Source: an uncultured Bacilli bacterium
GTDB lineage: Bacteria > Bacillota_I > Bacilli_A > RF39 > UBA660
Direction: 5' to 3'
Assembly: GCA_944363925.1 (NCBI GenBank)
Contig: CALVVS010000003.1
Coordinates: 1 to 53,645 of the forward strand
Length of the DNA: 53,645 nt
Of this stretch, positions 40,309-49,383 are shown piece after piece (within the stretch, counting starts at the first letter, position 1; each line of letters begins with the position of its first letter). A program made the position numbers and the translations under genes. Below the pieces are notes generated by a model, which ran no database searches, was not told where the DNA came from, and worked only from the letters and a program-made list of their open reading frames with translations.

Positions 40309-41727
40309 TTATTTTTTAGGAATTTCGAAATAGAAGGTTGAGCCTTTATCTGATGATATAACTCCATATTTATAATTATGCATTTGTAAGATGTTTTTGA
40401 CAATAGATAATCCTAGTCCAGTTCCATAGCTATTTCTTTTATGTTTTTTATCACTATGATAGTATTTATCCCAAATGTGTTTTAATTCTTCTTTTTTAAT
40501 ACCTTTACCGGTGTCTTTTATTTGAACGATATATTTATATTTATTTTCTTCAATGTTAATATATATTTTTTTATCTTCGCCAGTATAATTGATGGCGTTA
40601 TTGATTAGATTATAAACTACTTGATAAATTCTTTTATAATCGGCTTTAATAATGGTTGAATTAGGATGGGTGAAGATAAATTGATATTTTTCTTTTTCGG
40701 ATAATATTTTAAATCTTTGAATTACTTGATTGATTAGCTTAATTAAGTCTACCTCTTCTAATTTTAAAGTGGTGTTTCCAGATTCGGTGGCAGATAGGTC
40801 TAAGATGTCGTTGACTAAAAGGGTTAATCTATCAGTTTCGTCAATAATGGTGTTTAGGTTTTCTTCGCGTTTTTCTTTATTATTATAGGTAATATCCCGC
40901 ACCATTTCAGCGTAGGCTTTAATCATCGTTAGAGGTGTTTTTAAGTCATGACTGACGTTGGCCATAAGGTCTCTTTTTAATGTTTCGGTTTTGGATAATT
41001 CATCTTTGGCATAGTTTAGGGAATCGGCAAGTTCATTTATTTCGTAAATATTTATATCGGTTTTGAAGTTAGCGTTAAAATTACCATCAGCTAGTTTTCT
41101 TGCTTCATTGCTTATTTGGGTAATTGGCTTTGATAATTTTTTAGAGATTAAGTAACCGATGATTAGGGATAAAATAAGGACTACAATGGTGGTTATGATA
41201 AACTGGTTACTTAGTATGGTTATAGTGGAGTCTAGGGGCTCTAGGGAGGCATTTATAAAGGCGTAGAGGTCAGTATCTAGTTTTAGGGCATAGATTAGGG
41301 TTTCGTTTTGATAACGTTCATTTATGAGGTTATAGTGCTGCTCTAAAAGACCACTATTTATGAAATCGCGTTTTACTTTGAAGTTTTTATTTCCAAATTC
41401 CATACAACCTTTATTAGAGACGGTGGCCGCATAGATATTATCACCATATATTTCAATACAGATGTCACGTTTTTGGGCGATGTTTTCAATTTTTTGCTGA
41501 TTTAGATTGATACTTTTACGAAGTTCACTAGCGGCTTTATCTAATTCTCCTGTTTTATATGATTTATAATAGCTATCTAGGAAAATAATTTGAAAGAACC
41601 AAAGAAAACATAGGATGAAAATAGAAAAGGCAATTAAAAAAAGCCATATATTTATTTTCAAACTATTTTTTTTAATGTTTTTGAGTTTATTAAATATTTG
41701 GGTTAGATTATTCATTTTCTTTGACAC
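40309..41727 (-). CDS. HAMP-domain sensor histidine kinase
   Basis: Two TM helices, HAMP domain, H-box ANVSHDLKTPLT, N-box NLINNAINY, DTGKGI and GTGLGLSI. Confidence 0.95.
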   Translation of the reverse strand: MSKKMNNLTQIFNKLKNIKKNSLKINIWLFLIAFSIFILCFLWFFQIIFLDSYYKSYKTGELDKAASELRKSINLNQQKIENIAQKRDICIEIYGDNIYAATVSNKGCMEFGNKNFKVKRDFINSGLLEQHYNLINERYQNETLIYALKLDTDLYAFINASLEPLDSTITILSNQFIITTIVVLILSLIIGYLISKKLSKPITQISNEARKLADGNFNANFKTDINIYEINELADSLNYAKDELSKTETLKRDLMANVSHDLKTPLTMIKAYAEMVRDITYNNKEKREENLNTIIDETDRLTLLVNDILDLSATESGNTTLKLEEVDLIKLINQVIQRFKILSEKEKYQFIFTHPNSTIIKADYKRIYQVVYNLINNAINYTGEDKKIYINIEENKYKYIVQIKDTGKGIKKEELKHIWDKYYHSDKKHKRNSYGTGLGLSIVKNILQMHNYKYGVISSDKGSTFYFEIPKK

Positions 41728-42379
41728 TGAACTTATAACCTACTCCTCTAACGGTTGTTATAAGATTTCTATAAGGTCCTAGATTATTTCGAAGCATTTT
41801 GACATGAGTGTCTATGGTTCTATCGTCACCAAAAAAGTCATAGCCCCAAATTTTATTTAATAGTTGATTTCTAGAAAGAGCGATATTTTCATTGGTGACA
41901 AAGTAACATAATAGTTCATATTCTTTTAAGGTTAGTTTAATTTCTTTGCCATCGATATAAACGGCATGACCTGGATAGTCAATTTTTAAGCCTTTATATT
42001 CATAGTTATCTGGGGTCATTTTGCCACTTCTTTTTAATATGGCTTTTATTCTAGCAAGCAGTTCTTTAGGACTAAAGGGTTTGGTCAAATAGTCATCAGT
42101 TCCTAAATCAAAACCTTTTAGTTTATCGTACTCTTCGTTTCTAGCCGACAAGATGATGACGGGTATATTTTGGGTTTTTTTGATTTCTTCTAGAAAAGTC
42201 ATACCATCCATTTTAGGCATCATAATATCTAAGACTATAAGGTCTATTTTTTGATTTTTGATTATTTCTAAGGCTTCAAGACCGTTTTCGGCTTCGACGG
42301 TTTCATAATTTTCGGTTTCAGCATAAGTTTTAATGACATCTCTGATTAGTTTTTCATCATCGACAATTAATAGGCGCAT
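41708..42379 (-). CDS. OmpR/PhoB-family response regulator
   Basis: IVDDE, LDIMMP, KPFSPKEL, winged helix DRTIDTHVK.LR and TVRGVGY. Confidence 0.95.
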   Translation of the reverse strand: MRLLIVDDEKLIRDVIKTYAETENYETVEAENGLEALEIIKNQKIDLIVLDIMMPKMDGMTFLEEIKKTQNIPVIILSARNEEYDKLKGFDLGTDDYLTKPFSPKELLARIKAILKRSGKMTPDNYEYKGLKIDYPGHAVYIDGKEIKLTLKEYELLCYFVTNENIALSRNQLLNKIWGYDFFGDDRTIDTHVKMLRNNLGPYRNLITTVRGVGYKFSVKENE

Positions 42380-42412
42380 AAAATCATCTCCATTAATAAT
42401 ATATATCTTTTA

Positions 42413-42429
42413 TGTGAAGTATTTGTGAA
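42413..42429 (-). promoter_or_regulatory. TTCACA-N5-TTCACA direct repeat upstream of the response regulator (candidate autoregulatory OmpR-type box)
   Basis: tgtgaa at 42413-42418 and 42424-42429, giving an 11-bp period. Confidence 0.5.
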
Positions 42430-42441
42430 AGAAAAAAAGTT

Positions 42442-42831
42442 TTATGCAGCTTTTGGTCCTTTTTTGACTTTACATAAAACTTTTACTCTAGTTACTGGAT
42501 TTATTGCATCGTATAATTCGGTGATATCACCTTTGATAAAACGAACGTTACACTGTGGTTTAGTTATTTGAATTGGTTTGATTCGTTTTAGCTGTTTGTT
42601 TAAGTTAGAAATACCGTTTTGATCTAAGTAAATATTAGCAAGATGAGTAAAGCTAACGGTGTTTTCTTCGATAAAATTGTCAAGAGTTTGCTTTTGTTTA
42701 GCAGTTAAATCATCTAAATTAGTTGCATATTCATATATTTGTCTAATTTTTGGTAAATCTATTATTTCATTTTCTTCTCTATAAGTTTCGAGTGCATTTT
42801 TAAAATTTTTCATATATTTTAATTTTTCCAT
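42442..42831 (-). CDS. Hypothetical protein (129 aa)
   Basis: ORF with RBS GGGAGTGA and its own consensus promoter; no motif recognised. Confidence 0.7.
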   Translation of the reverse strand: MEKLKYMKNFKNALETYREENEIIDLPKIRQIYEYATNLDDLTAKQKQTLDNFIEENTVSFTHLANIYLDQNGISNLNKQLKRIKPIQITKPQCNVRFIKGDITELYDAINPVTRVKVLCKVKKGPKAA

Positions 42832-42861
42832 TTTATCACTCCCTTTTAATAGACGTATTTG

Positions 42862-42890
42862 ATTATAACTCTATTTAAAGAATTTGTCAA
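42862..42890 (-). promoter_or_regulatory. Perfect sigma-A promoter TTGACA-N17-TATAAT
   Basis: Plus-strand tgtcaa at 42885-42890 and attata at 42862-42867. Confidence 0.8.
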
Positions 42891-42910
42891 ATTTTGTAAA
42901 ACTTGTTAAT

Positions 42911-43789
42911 TTATGGTTTTTTGCTCTTGACTAATAGTTTTTTGACTTTGTTTTTGTTTTGTATAAACCGAATTTTTTCTTTGATTTTGAGGTATTCTAG
43001 GTATGATTTATTTTCATTATATAATAACATGTCCATATCGACTAAGATATCGATAATTTCTTTTAAGGATATTTTTGGCATTAGTTCACTAATTAGGCTA
43101 AAGATGTCGGCGTTAAAATAGTATTCAATCATATTTTCTTTATCTGTACAAAGGTTTTCGATTTGTTTAGCTAGTTTTTGAAGATAATTATAGGAAGTAC
43201 TTGTATAATTAAAGAAACGATTATTTAATAGTTCGGTGTAGCCTTCATTTAGACCTTTGCCAAAGATTAGGCCATTTTTTAAAACGATTTTGAAGCCTAT
43301 ATTCATGAAACGAATATCAGCTGATGAGGCATGTAATAGTTCATGGTGTAAGGACACTTTATTGTCCCTGTTATAGATATGTATTTCTTTTGTTTTTCCA
43401 TTATAGGTGCCGCTAATACTTGGATCATAGCTTGCACTATGATATTTAATGGTTATATATGGAAAATTTAATATAAGATTTTTAAGGTTATCTATTTTAG
43501 TGTTTTGAAGTAGTTTATTTATAAAATTATAAATTTCGATATTTTCTTTTTTTATTAGAGGGATGAGTGTTTTAATTTTTTCTTTATCTTTTTCAGAGAA
43601 TTTGAAATGATTGGTTTGATAGTTTATTAAATCGAGGCTTTCAAATTCTTCTAAGAGGGCTAATTTTATTTTTTGGGCTTTTTCTTTTTGAAGTTTAATA
43701 TTTTGTATTTTGATATAGATACTTTCTTTTGGTACGGAAATATTTAAAAGAGCAATAATGCTTAAAATATTATTTAGGTCATTATTCAT
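42911..43789 (-). CDS. Cytoplasmic zincin (gluzincin-type) metallopeptidase-like protein
   Basis: G.Y.....I, HELLH (HExxH) and downstream GLNEGYTE; no signal peptide. ATG 43789 preferred over the ORF-track start at 43813. Confidence 0.7.
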   Translation of the reverse strand: MNNDLNNILSIIALLNISVPKESIYIKIQNIKLQKEKAQKIKLALLEEFESLDLINYQTNHFKFSEKDKEKIKTLIPLIKKENIEIYNFINKLLQNTKIDNLKNLILNFPYITIKYHSASYDPSISGTYNGKTKEIHIYNRDNKVSLHHELLHASSADIRFMNIGFKIVLKNGLIFGKGLNEGYTELLNNRFFNYTSTSYNYLQKLAKQIENLCTDKENMIEYYFNADIFSLISELMPKISLKEIIDILVDMDMLLYNENKSYLEYLKIKEKIRFIQNKNKVKKLLVKSKKP

Positions 43790-43830
43790 GTTTACCCTCT
43801 TTTCTTTGTGCAAAAAGCAGTAGATTAGCT

Positions 43831-46155
43831 CTACTGTTCAAATTGCGAATTATATAGGCTAGCATAGAAGCCATTTTGTTTCATTAATTCATTGTGACTA
43901 CCTTGCTCGATTATGTTACCTTCTTTCATGACTAAGATTAAATCGGCATTTTTAATGGTTGAAAGTCTATGAGCAATAATAAATGAGGTTTTACCTTCGG
44001 TTAGTTTATCCATAGCGCTTTGGACTAATTCTTCGGTTCTGGTATCGACGTTTGAAGTTGCTTCGTCGAGTATTAGAAATGGTGTTTCTTGAATCATACC
44101 TCTAGCAATTGTTAGTAATTGTCTTTGGCCGGCTGAGACGCTTTCGTTATCTGAAAGGATGGTATCATAGCCTTTAGAGAGGGTTCTAATGAAGTGGTCT
44201 AAGCCTACTTCTTTACAGACTTCTCTTACTTTGTCATCGGAAATATTTTTTTGATTATAGATGATGTTTTCTTTAATACTTCCTTCAAATAGCCAAGTAT
44301 CTTGCAGAACCATTGTAAATAGTTCGTGGATGTTTTCTCTAGTTAATTCTTTAGTAGATACGCCATCTATTTTGATATCACCCGAGTTTATGTCATAAAA
44401 TTTCATAAGAAGGTTGACCATTGTTGTTTTTCCAGCACCGGTTGGACCGACAATGGCAATTTTTTGACCGGGTTTAGCATGAGCGGTAAAGTCTTTGATG
44501 GTTGGATTTTCATTGCCGTCATATTTAAAGACAACGTTTTCGAAATCGATATATCCTTTAACGTTTTCACGGTCTAGATGTTTTGTTATATCTTTTTGAC
44601 TACTCATTTCTGGCTCGTCGATGAAATCGAACACTCTTTCACTAGCAGCAGCGGTTGACTGTAATGAGGTCATGGCTTGGGCTATTTGTGATAGAGGGTT
44701 TGTGAATAGTCTAACATATGTCATAAAGGCGACGATGACACCAAAGGAAATTTGCCCGTTCATGGTTAGCATGGCTCCAACAATGCAGACAGCGACATAA
44801 CCAAAGTTTCCAATGAAGGCCATTATTGGTTGCATTAAACCTGATAAGAATTGGCTCTTTTTATTACTTTGACAAACTTTTTCGTTATATTCATCGAATT
44901 TTTGACTAGCTTCGGTTTTGCCATTATAGGTTTTCACGACGTTTAGTCCAGAGTAAATTTCTTCGATATGACCGTTTAAGTTACCTAATTCGGTTTGTCT
45001 TTGGATAAAATATTTTTGAGATTTTCTTAGGATAGCAGCCATACCGATAAAGCCAATTAAACTTGATACAATGGCGGTGATAGCTAAAATCCAGTTGGTT
45101 ACGAACATCATGATAATACTACCTAAGAACAAGGTAATACTACTAACTAATGAGGCTAGTGATTGGTTCATTGACTGAGCAATCATATCGACATCGTTAG
45201 TAATTCTAGATAAGATGTCCCCTACTTGATGTTTATCAAAATATTTAAGGGGTAATTTATTTATTTTGATAGATATACGGCTACGCAAGTTATTGGCAAA
45301 TTTATTAGCCACGTCAGTCATACAAATTGATTGGATGTAGGTGAATAAGGCGCTTGCTAAATACATGCAGACAAGAAGTAAGGTTATGCTTTTTATTTTG
45401 CTTATGTTCATGACTGGTTCAATTACTTCTCTGACAGATTTTGGTAAAGTATCTAAAGTTTTGTAGATATTTTCTTCGCCTTCGTTTTTATCTAAGGTAC
45501 TTAATGTTTTGACAAATTTATATTGGTCAGATGATGACACTTTAATTTTATCAATGGTTACTTCCTTAAAAAGAATTTCCTGAAGGGTTTGAGATAGATT
45601 TAAGTTTTTATTTTCTTTATCCATTTTTAATAATGTGATTTTATCTTTTGAGGTAACGGTTTTGCCTTCATAGGTTGTTTCTGTAAATATTTTTTCTAAA
45701 ATACTATCTGGAAGCTCGGCTAGAGTTTTAAAACTTTCTTCGCTGTTTTTTTCAATATTGCTTAAAATTTCTCCAAGTTTTTGTTTATCTTGATTAGAGA
45801 TATTTTTATCTTGCATGATGTTTTGGATATTTTCTTCAGAAAAGTTAGGTTTTAGTATTTCCGGAAGTAATTCTTTTAATTTATCTTCACTTAAGTTTTC
45901 AGTGGCTTTTTTAGTTAATATTTCCATATTATTTTGGTTTATAACAAGGCCAGCTGATATTTCGTCGGTTAGGTCTGATAGTCTATTAGGAGCTAAAATG
46001 GAAAGAACTGAGCCTAATATAGCTAAGGTGAAAGCTATAACGATTAAGGTTTTATAGGTGTTTAATTCACTGAATAGTCTTTTGATAGCGCCTTTAAAGT
46101 CTTTAGCTTTTTCGTAGTTTTGACCACCGGCTGGTCCATGATTTGGTCTAGGCAT
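43831..46155 (-). CDS. Heterodimeric ABC exporter subunit (consensus-site half) with a large insertion in the first extracellular loop
   Basis: GPTGAGKTT, SAGQRQ, LILDEATS and IAHRLSTI motifs; about 190 extra residues between TM1 and TM2. Confidence 0.92.
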   Translation of the reverse strand: MPRPNHGPAGGQNYEKAKDFKGAIKRLFSELNTYKTLIVIAFTLAILGSVLSILAPNRLSDLTDEISAGLVINQNNMEILTKKATENLSEDKLKELLPEILKPNFSEENIQNIMQDKNISNQDKQKLGEILSNIEKNSEESFKTLAELPDSILEKIFTETTYEGKTVTSKDKITLLKMDKENKNLNLSQTLQEILFKEVTIDKIKVSSSDQYKFVKTLSTLDKNEGEENIYKTLDTLPKSVREVIEPVMNISKIKSITLLLVCMYLASALFTYIQSICMTDVANKFANNLRSRISIKINKLPLKYFDKHQVGDILSRITNDVDMIAQSMNQSLASLVSSITLFLGSIIMMFVTNWILAITAIVSSLIGFIGMAAILRKSQKYFIQRQTELGNLNGHIEEIYSGLNVVKTYNGKTEASQKFDEYNEKVCQSNKKSQFLSGLMQPIMAFIGNFGYVAVCIVGAMLTMNGQISFGVIVAFMTYVRLFTNPLSQIAQAMTSLQSTAAASERVFDFIDEPEMSSQKDITKHLDRENVKGYIDFENVVFKYDGNENPTIKDFTAHAKPGQKIAIVGPTGAGKTTMVNLLMKFYDINSGDIKIDGVSTKELTRENIHELFTMVLQDTWLFEGSIKENIIYNQKNISDDKVREVCKEVGLDHFIRTLSKGYDTILSDNESVSAGQRQLLTIARGMIQETPFLILDEATSNVDTRTEELVQSAMDKLTEGKTSFIIAHRLSTIKNADLILVMKEGNIIEQGSHNELMKQNGFYASLYNSQFEQ

Positions 46156-47908
46156 TTTCTAATTCCTCCTTTGATAGCTGTGATAAAGCGATTTGTTTAT
46201 AGACATCACAGGTTTTAAGTAGTTCTTTATGGGTTCCCATACCGACGCATTTACCACTATCTAGGACAACGATTTTATCGGCGTTCATGATGGTACCGAT
46301 ACGCTGAGCGACGATTAGACTAGTGGCATTTTTAGTGTAGTTTTTTAATTCTTTTCTAAGAACAGCGTCTGTTTTATAATCTAAAGCTGAAAATGAGTCG
46401 TCAAAAATATAGATTTCAGGGTCTCTAGCGATGGCTCTAGCGATAGCTAGTCTTTGTTTTTGACCACCTGAGACATTGGTACCACCATGCGCAATATGAG
46501 TTTCATATTTATCGTCCATTTTTTCAATGAATTCGCTAGCTTGAGCGACTTTAGCTGCTTCTTCTATTTTTGTTTGGCTCTTTTCACCTTTACCATTATC
46601 ACCGTAGCTAATATTATAGTTAACTGTGCCGGCGAACATGACGGCTTTTTGTGGTACATAACCTAATTTGTTGTTTAAAGCTTCAAATTTATAGTCTTTG
46701 ACATTGACACCATCAATTAAGACTTCGCCTTCAGTGGCATCATAAAATCTTGGAACTAAGTTTATAAGGGTTGATTTACCACTACCAGTTGAACCGATAA
46801 AGGCAATGGTTTCACCTTGATTTACTTTAAAGGAAATGTTTTCTAAAACATATTCATCAGCGTCTGGATACTTAAATGAGACGTTTTTGAATTCGACGGT
46901 TCCTTTTTCTTCGGTTTTGCCATCGAAAGTGCCTGGTATGATTTTTTGTTTGGTATCTAATACCTCATTAATTCTCTTGGCTGAAACATCGGCTCTTGGA
47001 ACTATCATGAAAATCATAGCAAGCATTAAAAAGGACATTATTACTTGCATGGCGTAAGAACTGAAGACAATCATATTACCAAATAAAGTTATTTTATCAG
47101 CTAGGAGAGAGTTTTGAATTAAGCCAGCACCGATAAAATAGATAGATAAGGTTAGACCATACATGATTAAGTACATTACAGGCATCATGATAGCAAACTT
47201 TTTTTGGTTGAATAATTGCAGGTTGGTTAAGTCATTATTGGTTTTATCGAATTTATCCTCTTGGTATTTTTCGGCATTGAAGGCTCTAACAACTCTAATA
47301 CCAGTTAAGTTTTCTCTAGCAAGTCCGTTTATTTTATCGATTAGTTTTTGAACGAGTTTAAATCTTGGGATGACGATTATCATTAAAGTAGTGATAACGC
47401 CTAGAAGGATTAGGACAGCGACGCCGGTAACGGCACTCCACTGCCAACCTTTATTTAATATTTTAGTAATGGCCCATACAGCGGTGATTGGGGCTTTGAC
47501 TAGTAGTTGCAAGCCCATAGCGATTAACATTTCTATTTGAGTAACGTCGTTGGTGGTTCTGGTGATGAGGCTACTAGTTTGAAATTCTTTGATTTCTTCG
47601 GTATCGAGATTTTGCACTTTATCGAAGATTTTTTTTCTGGTATTTTTAGAAAATTCAGAAGCGATGTAAGCGGCAAAGTATCCCGCACCGGCAGCAAATA
47701 TTAAACTACCTAAGGCACATAATATCATATAGCCACCGTTTAATATGATATCGGACATTTTACTGCCTTCTGTTTGGACAAGGACGGTTATTTCTGACAT
47801 ATAATCAGGAATTTTTAATTCTAGCCATACTTGACCAACGATTAAAATTACACAAAATAAGGCATATAATAATTCTCTTTTAGTAAGGTTTTTTATTAAT
47901 TTTAACAT
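46148..47908 (-). CDS. Heterodimeric ABC exporter subunit (degenerate Walker B / switch half)
   Basis: GSTGSGKST, SGGQKQR, FDDSFSALD (D replacing the catalytic E) and VAQR (Q replacing H), as in TM287-type subunits. Confidence 0.93.
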   Translation of the reverse strand: MLKLIKNLTKRELLYALFCVILIVGQVWLELKIPDYMSEITVLVQTEGSKMSDIILNGGYMILCALGSLIFAAGAGYFAAYIASEFSKNTRKKIFDKVQNLDTEEIKEFQTSSLITRTTNDVTQIEMLIAMGLQLLVKAPITAVWAITKILNKGWQWSAVTGVAVLILLGVITTLMIIVIPRFKLVQKLIDKINGLARENLTGIRVVRAFNAEKYQEDKFDKTNNDLTNLQLFNQKKFAIMMPVMYLIMYGLTLSIYFIGAGLIQNSLLADKITLFGNMIVFSSYAMQVIMSFLMLAMIFMIVPRADVSAKRINEVLDTKQKIIPGTFDGKTEEKGTVEFKNVSFKYPDADEYVLENISFKVNQGETIAFIGSTGSGKSTLINLVPRFYDATEGEVLIDGVNVKDYKFEALNNKLGYVPQKAVMFAGTVNYNISYGDNGKGEKSQTKIEEAAKVAQASEFIEKMDDKYETHIAHGGTNVSGGQKQRLAIARAIARDPEIYIFDDSFSALDYKTDAVLRKELKNYTKNATSLIVAQRIGTIMNADKIVVLDSGKCVGMGTHKELLKTCDVYKQIALSQLSKEELENA

Positions 47909-47912
47909 ATGT

Positions 47913-48350
47913 TCATCCTTTCATTTTTAGATTTTCTTTCATTTTACTGATAGTTTTGAAAAAAAGTTCTAGTTCTTCTTTTTTGATGCCATTTGTGATA
48001 ACTTTTTCGGCTTCATTTAATTTGTCTTTGACAATTTGAAAGTTATTTTTAGCATCTTCACTGATGATTATTTCTTTTTTTCTGGTATCAGTTTGGTCTT
48101 TAATTCTAAAAATTAGGTTATTTTTTTCCATTGTTTTTAGAATTTCGGAGAGGGTTGCGCGTCTTAGATTTAAAGCGTTTCCTATATCTTTTTGATATAT
48201 TGGTTTTTTATTATTGGAAATTATAAAGTGCAGGATTTGCATTTGCGCTGGTGTTGGCATTTTTAGTTTGCTCTCATCAGCTATACAAATATATCTTATA
48301 ATTTCGTGGTTTAAATCTTTTATTAGATAGGTTACTCTTTTATTTTCCAT
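47913..48350 (-). CDS. MarR-family transcriptional regulator
   Basis: T..Q..IL, QKDI...L.L.RAT.S..L..ME...LI.R....D.R motif; first gene of the ABC operon. Confidence 0.9.
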   Translation of the reverse strand: MENKRVTYLIKDLNHEIIRYICIADESKLKMPTPAQMQILHFIISNNKKPIYQKDIGNALNLRRATLSEILKTMEKNNLIFRIKDQTDTRKKEIIISEDAKNNFQIVKDKLNEAEKVITNGIKKEELELFFKTISKMKENLKMKG

Positions 48351-48372
48351 TATTCACCTTCTTTATAACCTG

Positions 48373-48408
48373 CTAAAACATTTTAGTATAATTTTAAAAT
48401 ATTGTCAA
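48373..48408 (-). promoter_or_regulatory. marR-ABC promoter TTGACA-N17-TAAAAT with the palindrome CTAAAA-N2-TTTTAG over the -10 element (candidate MarR operator)
   Basis: tgtcaa at 48403-48408, atttta at 48380-48385, inverted repeat at 48373-48386. Confidence 0.65.
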
Positions 48409-48452
48409 TACCCTAACAAAAATATTTTGAAATCACATAATTTCCCATAATT

Positions 48453-48475
48453 AAAAGATAAGGGGAACTTATCTT
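48453..48475 (-). terminator. Intrinsic terminator after the deacetylase gene
   Basis: AAGATAAG/CTTATCTT stem with a minus-strand T-run. Confidence 0.6.
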
Positions 48476-49331
48476 AATTATTTATATGATGATGTATTTG
48501 AGGGGTGTTTTTGGTTATTTTGGCAAAGGTATAACCATTTTCTTTAGCAAATTTTATGATATCTGGCAAGGCTTCGACGGTCGTCTTTTTGTCTATTAAA
48601 TCATGCATTAAAACGATATTTGTTCCATTATGTATTTTATGCACGACATTATTATATATGCTTTCTTTTGTCTGATGGCCGCTAGCATCATTACTATCGA
48701 TATTCCAGTCGAAATAATAGTAATCATTTTCGGTTAATTTATTTGTTATTCTAGTTACAATGCCTGAGTTATATTTTTTGGATATGGTGTTTGATGAACC
48801 ACCGGGCAATCTTACAATACGTGATTTATGACCGGTGATGTTATAAACTTGATTTCTTATTTGATTTAGGTCGTTAAAGTAGTTTTCATCTTGAGAATAG
48901 ATATAACTATAATTATGAGTTGAGGTGTGAAGGGCTACGGTATGGTTTTCTTCTTGCATCCTTTTAACTAGATTTGAATATTTATCTATTTGTCTTGAGG
49001 TTAGGAAAAAGGTGGCGGGGATATTTTCTTTTTTTAAAATATCTAATATACTTTCAGTTAAAGCACTTGGACCATCGTCGAAGGTTAGATAAATGGTTTT
49101 AGCTGAGACGACTGATGGGTTTATGTCTTTTACTTTTATTTTAGCTGGTTTATAGTAGTTTATTTTTTGATTAAAGGTTACTTTTGGTTTTATTTGTTTA
49201 AATGTTTGCTTTGGGGTATTTATTTTAATTATATAGTTTAAAATTATTAAAATATTTAAAGTAATACATATGATGATTATTATAGGAATTTTATATTTTA
49301 AAATAATTTGTTTAATGTTTTCACGTGACAT
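48474..49331 (-). CDS. Membrane-anchored CE4 polysaccharide (peptidoglycan) deacetylase
   Basis: N-terminal TM; LTFDDGP, HTSTH, RLPGG, DWN.DS.D and LMHD motifs. Confidence 0.92.
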   Translation of the reverse strand: MSRENIKQIILKYKIPIIIIICITLNILIILNYIIKINTPKQTFKQIKPKVTFNQKINYYKPAKIKVKDINPSVVSAKTIYLTFDDGPSALTESILDILKKENIPATFFLTSRQIDKYSNLVKRMQEENHTVALHTSTHNYSYIYSQDENYFNDLNQIRNQVYNITGHKSRIVRLPGGSSNTISKKYNSGIVTRITNKLTENDYYYFDWNIDSNDASGHQTKESIYNNVVHKIHNGTNIVLMHDLIDKKTTVEALPDIIKFAKENGYTFAKITKNTPQIHHHINN

Positions 49332-49349
49332 ACTACCTCACCTATTTAC

Positions 49350-49378
49350 ATTATACCTTAAAAAATAAAGAAAAACAA
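49350..49378 (-). promoter_or_regulatory. Possible promoter TTGTTT-N17-TATAAT for the deacetylase gene
   Basis: attata at 49350-49355 and aaacaa at 49373-49378. Confidence 0.45.
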
Positions 49379-49383
49379 AGGAA

